Both the position numbers and the translations under genes were made by a program. Below, piece by piece: positions 23,270 to 32,731 of a stretch of 34,059 bases of DNA. This stretch comes from Pelomyxa schiedti. Lineage: Eukaryota > Protista > Evosea. The stretch's first letter is position 1. Every line of letters begins with the position of its first letter. The notes under the pieces were generated by a model. The model was not told where the DNA came from. It saw only the letters and a program-made list of their open reading frames with translations, and did not search any database. The stretch is taken from positions 1 through 34,059 of the forward strand of contig JAHLWZ010000980.1 in assembly GCA_020536535.1 (NCBI GenBank). The letters are read 5' to 3'.

Positions 23270-26200
23270 GTAATATAGATTATGGAGTATTTCTTTTCTC
23301 TTCCAGTGAGATTTTCTTTTCCGCGTGCTTCCAGTAGCCGGTGCCATACCTTTTCTTCACTTAGAAAATGCACGGGGCCTAAATGTGGGGCATACAAATT
23401 GTCAGCGTCAGGGAACTTCCGCCGGAATCCTGGGCCACAGTCTTTTCCGAGTGTGCATACCACTAGTCCATTGAGAATAACACTGTGATCCGGAGCCTGT
23501 TGGATGTTAGGAGACGGAATAAAAGGAATGATGGGTTAGGTACCTGTGCTCCACCATCTAAGACGAAATTGTAAAGCACGAAAGAAGCTAACCCATTAGA
23601 GTTTATTTCCACAGGATCAACCACGTCAGAGCTCCTTTCCCACTTCTTGTTGATCAGGACAGGGTGTCCTGTGGTGAGCCCAACGCCATTCAAAAATACC
23701 AGGCTAGGTGTTGATAAGTTGGTTGTTATATATGTTGCAGAAATTTAATTATATATGAAATTGAAGAAACCGGAATGGCCTTTCAATTTTCTGGGTGCGT
23801 ATCTCTTTTACGGATCTCGGTTTTAATAGTTCCGTCATGACAGAATCTCTTATTCTGATCTCAGAGACCTTCCTTTTGGTTGTTTATAGATGAGAAATAA
23901 GGAAATACTAAGGAGCTAACTTTGTTGTCAAATCAGCCATTAACACATTTGCGTCTCCAAGAAAGCATTCACAGCGGGTTGATGGCAACTACGAAAAGGT
24001 AAGAGCACACAAAGTCAGGGAGGATTCATTTCGAACCTGGAATATCGGCGGTTTGTATTTGAGAACTGTTGGTGTAGGGTTTATCCATAACAGTCGGGTA
24101 CCGGTAACTGAAAGGGTGTGAGAGAGGGTGAAAACAAAGGAAGAAACTTTTCTGCCTCAGATCCGTTATTGTCGGGCCACATTCAGGGAGAAATTTTCTC
24201 CACAAATCGTCTGTCTCACAAATAGTCCGGAAATCACGACATACCTTCAGAGATGGTTAAGGTTGCTTGATGAAAAGAAGAAATACATGGCTAATGCTGA
24301 GTAAATCTTCCATAGCCAAAAGAGAGAATATTGTGAGCCACACCGTGACAGGTAGAGCGGAAGAAGGGGCTATCATTCTTAAAAGAATGTATCCATCTCC
24401 AAGAATTCCCCCCTGTTCAGAACGCTGAACACCACAAGCTACAATTACAGACTTGGCTGTTGATATAACTGTGTGGAACTAGAAACGGAAACTAAATTTA
24501 TTATACAAAAAGTTCGGGAAGGATAACCTCGCGAGCAACAATAGGAACGGAGAGGGAAATCTGAACCCAGGTAAAGGTTCTCATATCCAACCTAGTGTCA
24601 ATAAACAATCACTATTGTACCCATTTACCTGGAGATTTCACAGTGGGGATTCTGGTTGGAGGAACCTACGAGAAGGAAACAGTTCTCTGCCTCCCAAAAG
24701 CAGCCTACATGTCCCCGCTGTGGTGTAGGCTGGGTTCCTGAGGTACTAATTTTCCTCCATTGGCATTGAATAAGTTCCAAACAAGTGGATGCTGTGGTTG
24801 TTGACAGCTTGGAGGGGGGCATGAGTGAATCTGTTGGTTCGATGGACCACAAGTCGCCCAGCTTCGAGTTCCCTTGTCCAAGTCCTCCATATACATACAC
24901 AACTCTATAACAATGGCTCAGTGAGGAATTAAAAATATTCAAAGCGTACAACCTCCCATCAGTAAAGGCATTATGATGGAACCTAGGAGGAGGAACGTTT
25001 GATGCAGTGGTCCCGAGGTTCCCCCATTCGCAGGTTTCAAGTGAAAATACTTTGGATGGAGGTAAGCCACTCGAAGTTGGGGGAAATACACACCAAGAAA
25101 TTGTGAAGATGGTCCCTCAGTGCTGCATCCACCAAATAAATAGAGGCGACCATGAAGACTGGAGGATTGCTCAGAAAATATGAGATCAGAGAAGTGGGGA
25201 AACCGTACTGCAGAAGAGATGCCCCATAGCATGCCAATGGGTAATTATCAGTAGCGTCATCTGTATGTTCAGAAAGAGTTCTCCAAGACTTCTCAGCCAT
25301 GTTAAACGCCACAAGTCGATTTGTGTGAACGCTGGAAGAGGAACCTCCAAATAAGAATGCCACAGATTTGTCATCGCTTGTGCAGGTAGCTGGGAACGAT
25401 CCGACAAATATAGACTTACTTCCAGGATCGCAGGAGGATGTGTGGTTGATGTGCCGGGGGTTTGGTGTTGAAGTTGAAGGTGCTGGGCTTTTTTCCAGTT
25501 CATTTGCTAAAGGGGGTGAACATGACTTAGTGTCACTTTCGTTTGGAATCCACTGAGCAGTTATTAAGTCCAGGGTATGGAAGGGAGACTTTCGTAGTAA
25601 TTTATCAGGTCCAACACCCCCAAAGAAAGTCAGTGTGTCGTTTTTCAGTATGCAGGAGTGACCATAACTCACGAATAAGCCTCAAAATTCAGAAATTCTA
25701 GGAGTAGTGCTTACCTGGTAAATTCAGGGGTGCCACAAAGGCCTCCAAATATCTGCCTTACATTCATGGCTGCGCCCGGGGACCCTAGCTCTCTCCCTTC
25801 ACCACCGGTCCGCGCCGAGCCCCCAGGGAAGCTCACATGCGAGGCTGTCCCTGTGGGAGGGGGTGTCCTGCTCTGAACTTGGGGTTAGGGTTAGGGAGCC
25901 TGATCCCTTACAGGTGGAAACCTTTTTCCCGAACATCCTGGTCCATATTCCCCCACTGGTGTCTGAAGGGAGTAAATGTATGTGCAATAGGGATTGTTTA
26001 CCTTTGCTATGCGTCACGGGTTGGGAGCTTTTCTGTTCTTCCAAAATGTCACACACGAGGTTGAGCAATTGTTGGGTGCCATGCCCTTAATTCATTTGGT
26101 TGGCTTAGTTCCAGAAAGTTGAATCTCCCAAAAAAATACCAGTGGCAGAACTGACCTGAATTGCTGCATGTAGTCCCATTTTGGAGCATGCCTATAGGGA

Positions 26201-26872
26201 TTATTTGGGCAAAATGGAGGAATGGTACTTCTTTCACTTCCTTCTGGGAAATTAACTTGAACTTAGGGGAACCTTTCCTGTCCTCTCGGATTCCAGTTAT
26301 AAGTATATCTGATTTCAGGCCAACAAGGATCATGGGAGTGCCTTCACGGGGCAATACCATGCGTGCCTCAGGATAGAACTAGTGGGGCAGCTGGTGACAT
26401 TTAAAAAAAAAATAGTTAAAACATGGTTCAAAATCTGGGAGAGAGAATCCGGGATATCCAGGGAAAAGCAGAATACAAATATGCTAGACATTTTGTAAGG
26501 AAGGTATCTGAGACGATAGCCTTCATAATCATGCGTGGTGTCTGTATCTACAAGCACATAATTAGTCCATTTATAAGTACATAATGTAATAGCCACTCAC
26601 TCAGTAGTTGGAAAATGTACTTGGCACCTAAAGTAATAAATCAGGCTCTCCAAAACCAAAATGCAAGCCAAACCATTTAGGGTGCTCCTTCCCTCAGCCA
26701 CCCTTACACCTCCTTCCTCAAATAATCTTCCCCTCCTCGTAGAAAGGAATTCCACCAACGTACGCTTTTCAACGTAATTAGAACCCCAATTCATTCAACA
26801 CCGGTCCCATAATCCACGTACCTTGCCCACACCACTTGCCCCAATAATCGCAACACACTTCATAGTCTCCAT
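23083..26872 (-). CDS. Multi-exon fusion: Rho-like (pseudo)GTPase + Kelch repeats + F-box + C-terminal Vint-type Hint domain
   Basis: GTPase: MKCVAIIGASGVGK, FVFCFSLDIPDSL, FYPEARM..TPMILVGLKSD, VSSATGHG. Kelch repeats with YGHS..FFGG, FLFGG, LYLFGG, PPPRFHH..YVYGG, RGH and AREFHT. F-box: LPVTVWLTIFSLLAMEDLLSISHVCRDFRTICETDDLW. Hint: CFLGDANVLMAD..LTTGHPV..YNFVLDGG..HSVILNGLVVCTLG. One GTPase-Kelch junction needs a GAG acceptor. The 3' end is uncertain; the first unspliced in-frame stop is at 23083. Confidence 0.72.
23446..23967 (-). other. Hint (Hedgehog/intein) domain, Vint-like, interrupted by three spliceosomal introns (23873-23920, 23704-23770, 23497-23543)
   Basis: Cys1 codon at 23965-23967 in CFLGDANV. 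Block-B TTGH. C-terminal YNFVLD..HSVILNGLVVCTLG. The three canonical GT-AG introns keep the frame open. Confidence 0.85.
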
Positions 26873-26939
26873 TCAACGGCCGTTGAATGAATTTTGATTT
26901 CTTTCTTTGCTTCCGGGAATCCCAAAGACTTTTGATGTG
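26873..26939. promoter_or_regulatory. Very short (~67 bp) head-to-head intergenic region; presumed shared promoter
   Basis: ATG at 26872(-) and probable ATG at 26940(+). Function inferred from position only. Confidence 0.35.
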
Positions 26940-28357
26940 ATGCGCCGCGCAGAGGTAGCGCTTCGCGTGTCGCTTTCATCGCACCAGGCCGCTCGTGAGC
27001 AGCTTCTGGCGCTGGCCATGTCGTCTCACCCGCGGTGCGGGGGCCGCAGCCCCGCACGGGCCTTCATGTCGCTGCCGCCGGTGGCCACGGCGCCCCTGTG
27101 GGAGTGGTGCCTGCGCGGGTCCGAGGTGGTCTTGGGCCTGTGCGCGTGGGTCCCGCGGTGCCGGCCAAACTCGGTGTGCTACTTCACGGTCGGGGTGTCG
27201 GCGGCCCTGCTGGGCGTCACAAGGGACCTGAGGCCGACTTACGTCGGTAATTTCGACGCGACTCTGGTGACTAGGTTGGTGCCCATTGNNNNNNNNNNNN
27301 NNNNNNNNNNNNNNNNNNNNNNNNNNNNNNNNNNNNNNNNNNNNNNNNNNNNNNNNNNNNNNNNNNNNNNNNNNNNNNNNNNNNNNNNAACTCGGTGTGC
27401 TACTTCACGGTCGGGGTGTCGGCGGCCCTGCTGGGCGTCACAAGGGACCTGAGGCCGACTTACGTCGGTAATTTCGACGCGACTCTGGTGACTAGGTTGG
27501 TGCCCATTGATCCTGGCCGCGTGGTAGTCACTGAGCCCAGGCTATCCCTTCTCAGGATGTTGTTGGTTGTACTTGGAAGGAAGCCGGTGGAGCTTGCCAC
27601 TGCTCCGCGTGCCCAGCAGTTCTGTGCGCATTATGGGAATGAGAGATGGTGGGTGCACTGTGACTACACTTATCTGACAATTGCCAACCTTGTGATTCGT
27701 GGTAGCAATCCCACAATTACAAAGGTCGTGTGCCGGGATGCCTTTCCTAAGACTGAGCCTCCTATGGTTTGCACCTCTATTTTCCTCAGCAACCGAACGA
27801 ATCTTGATGAAGCAGTGCTTGTTCTGTTTGACTCTTACAGAAGGAACCATTTCCTTCTTGTTATTGATCTCAAACAGACATACACCACTGGTGCCGTTAC
27901 TGTTCTGAGCCTCACAAAGTGCTTTGGGCCACCAGGCCTTTTTTCCGGTAGCCTCAGCATGATTAAATCAACTGGCCAGCGTGCTTTGTTTGTGAGAACC
28001 AGAGTTACAGAATGTGAGTCTGTTTGGGAAGCCGAAGAGTCCTCTGGCACCATGACGCCAATTTCCAGTGACATCAGTGGATTGTCGCAGCTGAGCCATT
28101 ACCTGTTTTGTATCTCCAAGAAAGATGGCTCTGCTGAGGTATGGGACTGCAACAACACTGCCGCACCACTGAGAGTCATTCCAGCCAAACCTAATTCCAG
28201 CTTGGCGGTTATGGGGATGTTCCCCAGTTTGGTGCTACGCAAATTCCAGGGCAAGACTACTATTGAAATAGAAGAAGATTCTGGTTGCCAGGTTGCCACT
28301 GTTTCACTTCCCCGTGAGTTTTCAAACTTTGATTTTACTGTTACTTCCTTCTTGTGA
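26940..28357 (+). CDS. Intronless orphan-family protein (~398 aa after removing the assembly duplication); N-terminal AREQLLAL..HPRCGGRSPAR motif, beta-rich C-terminus
   Basis: ORFs 26907-27452 and 27395-28357 join in frame once the gap plus one 121-bp copy (221 nt) is removed, giving 1197 nt = 399 codons. Confidence 0.75.
27168..27509. other. Scaffold gap (100 N, 27289-27388) flanked by an exact 121-bp duplication; unmerged contig overlap
   Basis: 27168-27288 is identical to 27389-27509, the same geometry as the gap at 6438. Confidence 0.9.
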
Positions 28358-28408
28358 TCACTCAATGTGAAGTCAAAACATGCAAATCATGTTATTTGCA
28401 ACATTAAT

Positions 28409-29752
28409 TTAGTAGCGGGATTGGCCCAGTAACTTTGCATTCTTAGTCCAGTACTCAAGGGACTTGTTGCGGCCACCAATGACACACTGGCATTCTGAAA
28501 TGATGGTTCCAGTCTTGCACCCCTTGATGAATTCAATCACATTGTCCTTGCACCTCAAGTTCTGTAGGACCTCACAGTAATTTGGAGCCCACTTTCTCAC
28601 AGGGAGAATTCGACGGGCCACGGTTTGTCTGCTGACCCTCATCGCCAGCTCCCTGCACGTGGTCACATGTGCCAGTGAAACCACTGGTTCTCCTGTTTTT
28701 GGGCTGCTGGTTGCTTCTGGTGGCGCGGAACTGGTGAAATGTGAGTGGTTTGGGACAGTTTTCTAAAGGAAATACACACCTTCCAGGGATGAAAGCTCGC
28801 ACAGAGGACTCTTTCACAACATCCAACCACACAGGATCATCCAGAGCAGCTTCTCTCCAGCTGAAGAATATATTGTAAAGTGTTAGCAGGTTGGAATTTT
28901 GAATATTAAGTCAGAATCACCTCTTGCACACTGTTGACAGAGAAAGCAAAGTCCTCGTGGCTTCAAGGATCTCCGCATAAGACTTTGGTGTTCGTGATTT
29001 TATCGGAAGGTAGTGTTCCGGCCGAAGCTCAATTTCATGCAATCCCCTCTTCATTCTTGAAATCCGAATGTCAAACGACGTTCGGTTGACACAGTCGTAG
29101 TATGCTTGCGAATAATGCTGCTCCCAAATGAGAATCACACGTTTGAATATCCATCCCAGCAAGTCCTTCCCCAGGCTTGGCAGAGTGGTAGAAGCTCCGG
29201 TAGGTCCCGAGGAACAAGCTGGGCTCTAAAAATTATATCAGTTTTCTTCCAGGATCATAGAAACATACCACCACAGGATTTAAAGTGTCGCCAGAAGAAC
29301 TGGTGCCAGTGGTAGCAAGTGAGAGTGCTGCAGTCATTTCCTTTGCTCTCTTGGCCCTCGCCCAAGGAATTACAGAATCCAACCAGGAGTCACAGTTGCC
29401 CATGCACTCGTTGCACAAGTACCGCTCTCCTTTTGGCCGTCGTGGCTTTCTGGAGTCATCAGACATCCTTCTCATGTAACCCCTGTCGCTATTCTTGACG
29501 TGCACCGCACATGAGCTGGGCGCCTAGAAAAAAAGGTTTTTTGATTTCGAAAAAAGGCCATAAAAGAGTGCGTACGTTACGGCATTCGGGGGGGAACCCG
29601 TCGAGCTCCATGGCCAGTACGTCCGTGGCTACTGAATTACGGACCGGCATCTCCCCACCCCTCACGGCGTCGACTGGTTTTTCAGTCCACATCACGAAAT
29701 ATGATGTTGACGACGAGTTGGACACAAACCCACCCCAATTCACCTTCACCAT
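28409..29752 (-). CDS. Tandem family paralogue C (5 exons): GFVSNSSS motif, Cys/His cluster, split F-box-like domain, conserved C-terminal domain
   Basis: Spliced MVKVNWGGFVSNSSSTSYF..ECRN|APSSCAVH..YLCNECMGNCDSW..|..LPSLGKDLLGWIFKRV..TLLSLSTVCK|SWREAALDDPVW..|..CRELAMRVSRQTVARRILPVRKW..KLLGQSRY*. Confidence 0.8.
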
Positions 29753-29967
29753 TTTCCCTTTCGGTTTGTTGTCACCGATGTTCCCTGAAAAAAACAAACA
29801 GGATACTGAGTGATGTTTCTTTGGCAACACAGTCGATTAGATTTGGAGAACGAAGGAAATGAACGTCCAGGGACCCCACTGCGGGGCCTTTGATGATGTT
29901 CGAGATCTCGAAATATGTGTCAGCACAGTACCAGTGTTGTGTGCCTTTCACCAGTCAACACAAAACC

Positions 29968-31251
29968 TTACAGCAGCCGGAAAGAAAGTATTTCCACTGG
30001 GTGTCTCCCCTCATGCCAAGTGAGTGTGAGAAAACTAAGGCCAGTTGTGGAATCAACAAATTCCATTTCTGTTGTGGTCAACGGAAAGCTACCAACAACA
30101 CCCTGTTTGTAGTTGATATGCACCACAATGTCGGGATGCACCAACTGCACCAATGATGTGGAGCCATGCATATCTCCCACTCCACCACACCGATGCACAC
30201 AACAAGGTTTTCCGTCGGTACTGCGTGAGTCATACACGAGCAAATCATTGGTCGCATTGGCAACACTCACAGTTCCCCCAGCCACTGTGCCGTAGGGGAA
30301 CTCAGCCAAGTCCACCTCACCAGTGCCAAGGTGCATCAAGTAACAGAAGGGGGGCGTGTCACATGGAGTATCCAGGTCAGATGCTGTGGTGTTGAACACA
30401 ACAGCAGGGCCTTGTGGTGTGTGCAGGAACCTCTCACCAACAACGAGAGTATTGCCAGGCCAGTTGATATTGCACCTGAGTTCCCTGACAACAACGCAGG
30501 TACGTTTTGTGAAAGAGGCATCCAGGTCGACAGTGACGGCATTCCACTGAGAAAACACCACCGTGAACTCATCTTCACCACCCTTGCACACCAGACCAGT
30601 GAAGTCAACAGCCATGATGGCGTTGTCTCTACCGTTCGGTTCCAGCATGAACTGGGCTGGGTCCCCTTGCAGGAACTTGGCGGCAGGCCACACAAGCAGC
30701 CACAGGGAGCAGCCCTGCTCTGCCAGATTGCTCACCATCACAGCCCACTTGTCGTTGATGCGGATGTGGTGAACCCACGTCGCCGGCGTGAAAGATGCCC
30801 AATCCTCCCTCCCCTTTGTCTGGTCAGAGCCACCAACAAAGTCCACCCTATAGAAGCAGCGGCCCAGGTAGGTGCTGGGCCACGTAATGACCATCGAAGC
30901 CAAGGGCAGGCAGCCAGGCAGCCACCCGCACCCAAAGCACCCCGGCGACGAAAACACCACGGCGGGGGGACGCACCATGCCGAGCGTGGGAGACACGGAG
31001 AACACGACCGTGTCGTAGTTGCTGTTCATGAAATCCACGCGGCGCTTGGCGCAGAAGGTGACGAGGGCTGACTCGTGGAGGACCCAGGAGCGGCCGACGT
31101 TGCCCACGCACGAGGGAGACAGGCACCGCGCGGGGCTGCGCGACGAGCACCGCGGGCCAATGGCCCCGCAACAAAGTGCGACGAACTGGTCCCGTGCATC
31201 AGCCAAACTGTTTACCAAAAACATGTTGTTTAGGCGAAGTGTGGCGCACAT
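29968..31251 (-). CDS. Intronless orphan-family protein (~427 aa from the first ATG); N-terminal ARDQFVAL..GPRCSSRSPAR motif, beta-rich C-terminus
   Basis: Single long ORF 29968-31290 with its first ATG at 31251. Shares the N-terminal motif with the gene at 26940-28357. Confidence 0.75.
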   Translation of the reverse strand: MCATLRLNNMFLVNSLADARDQFVALCCGAIGPRCSSRSPARCLSPSCVGNVGRSWVLHESALVTFCAKRRVDFMNSNYDTVVFSVSPTLGMVRPPAVVFSSPGCFGCGWLPGCLPLASMVITWPSTYLGRCFYRVDFVGGSDQTKGREDWASFTPATWVHHIRINDKWAVMVSNLAEQGCSLWLLVWPAAKFLQGDPAQFMLEPNGRDNAIMAVDFTGLVCKGGEDEFTVVFSQWNAVTVDLDASFTKRTCVVVRELRCNINWPGNTLVVGERFLHTPQGPAVVFNTTASDLDTPCDTPPFCYLMHLGTGEVDLAEFPYGTVAGGTVSVANATNDLLVYDSRSTDGKPCCVHRCGGVGDMHGSTSLVQLVHPDIVVHINYKQGVVGSFPLTTTEMEFVDSTTGLSFLTLTWHEGRHPVEILSFRLL

Positions 31252-31362
31252 AGGCTGGACAACTTCGACGCTGAGGAAAGACTGAACCAAAGTTTATCAA
31301 CGGTAGAGTGTATTTGTTCTCTTCAATGAGAATTCAATTGGAATAAAAAACTCTGTTGTATT

Positions 31363-32668
31363 TCAGGACCTGCCAAGTAATTTAGAGTGTTTCTGCCAGT
31401 ACTCAAGGGACTTGTTGCGGCCACCAATGACACAGCTGCTTTCTGCAATGATGGTTCCAGTCTTGCACTCCTTGATGAATTCAAACACATCATCTTTGTA
31501 CCTCAAATATGGAAGAACTTGATAGTAATTTGGAGCCCACTTTCTCACAGGGAGAATTCCACAAGCAACGGTTTGTCTGCTGACCCTCATTGCCAGCTCC
31601 CTGCACGTTGTCACATGTGCCAGTGAAACGGATTCTTCTGTTATGTTGGTGCTGGTTGCCGCCCTTGGTGTGGAACTGGTGAAATGTGATTTGGGTGAGA
31701 TAGTTTGAGAAAGGAAGTACATATTTCTGGGTATGAATGCTCGCACAGAGGAGTCCTTCAATACGTCAAGCCACACAGGTTCGTCCATAGCAGCTTCTCT
31801 CCAGCTGAATCATTATTTAAGCTTGTAAAGCCAATTAAAGAGAAACGAAATCACCTCTTGCATACTGTTGACAGAGAAAGCAAAGTTACAGTGGCATTGA
31901 GTACCTCTTCGGGAGAATGAGGTGCACGTGCCTGTTTTGGAAGGAGGTGTTCAGGACGAAGCTCAATCTCATGTAATCCCTTTTGAAGTCTGGCAATCCT
32001 AATGTCAAACGACGTTGCGTTCACGCATTTGTAGTAAGCCCGCGAAAACTTCTGCTCCCAGATGAGAATGACATGTTTGAATATCCATCCCAGCAAATCC
32101 TTGCCAAGAACAGGCTGGCAGGCATTCAAGAAAAGTTAGAGGAGCCGACAGAACTCAGTTTGCAGTCTGCAAAGGGGAACATACCACTGAAGGAATTGGG
32201 GTATCAGAGGCTCCAGGTGAGGATCTTACAGTAGGTGCCTTTGCCCTCTTAGCCCGCACCCAAGGAATCACAGAATCCAGCCAAGATTCACACCTTCTCA
32301 TGCACTCGTTGCATATGTATTGTTCTCCATCTGGCCTTTGTGGCCTTGGTACTGCACCCCTCCTCAAGCCAAATATGGAACTGTCGTCACCATCCCTCCT
32401 GGAATGTTCAGCACATCCAATTGGTGCCTGCACCAAACCAAAGGTTTCACCCCAAATGCCATTCATTCATAAAAGCAAGAGACAAGCTCACTTTGCGGCA
32501 CTCCTGTGGAAGGCCTTCGAGCTCATCAGCGAGGATGCTTGTAGCAACGCAATTACGGGCCGGTATTTCAGCACCCCTCACAGCGTCGACTGGTTTTTCA
32601 GTCCACATCACGAAATACGATGTTGACGACGAGTTGGACACAAACCCACCCCAATTCACCTTCACCAT
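31363..32668 (-). CDS. Tandem family paralogue B (5 exons), same architecture as 28409-29752
   Basis: MVKVNWGGFVSNSSSTSYF..ECRK|APIGCAEH..YICNECMRRCESW..|PVLGKDLLGWIFKHV..TLLSLSTVCK|SWREAAMDEPVW..KLLGRS*. Intron positions match paralogue C. Confidence 0.8.
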
Positions 32669-32731
32669 TAATTTATTTTTGTTTTTGAAATATCAAACAG
32701 TTCTCAGAACCATCTTCTCCCAGCCACAGGG

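Noticed and set aside
23446-23967. Mobile intein or homing element
   Set aside because: There is no homing endonuclease, no terminal His-Asn plus nucleophile, it is not inserted within a conserved host domain, and it contains spliceosomal introns. It is a domesticated Hint domain.
25881-25896. GGGGTTAGGGTTAGGG telomere-like repeat
   Set aside because: Only about two units, and it lies in a predicted intron where the complementary CTAAC serves as a branch-point motif.
27168-27509. Apparent internal repeat or frameshift in the orphan gene
   Set aside because: Same assembly artefact. Removing 221 nt gives one uninterrupted ORF.
29700-29752. GFVSNSSSTS read as the ADP-ribosyltransferase 'STS' motif
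   Set aside because: It sits at the extreme N-terminus with no upstream catalytic Arg/His strand and no downstream ExE motif in the right spacing.
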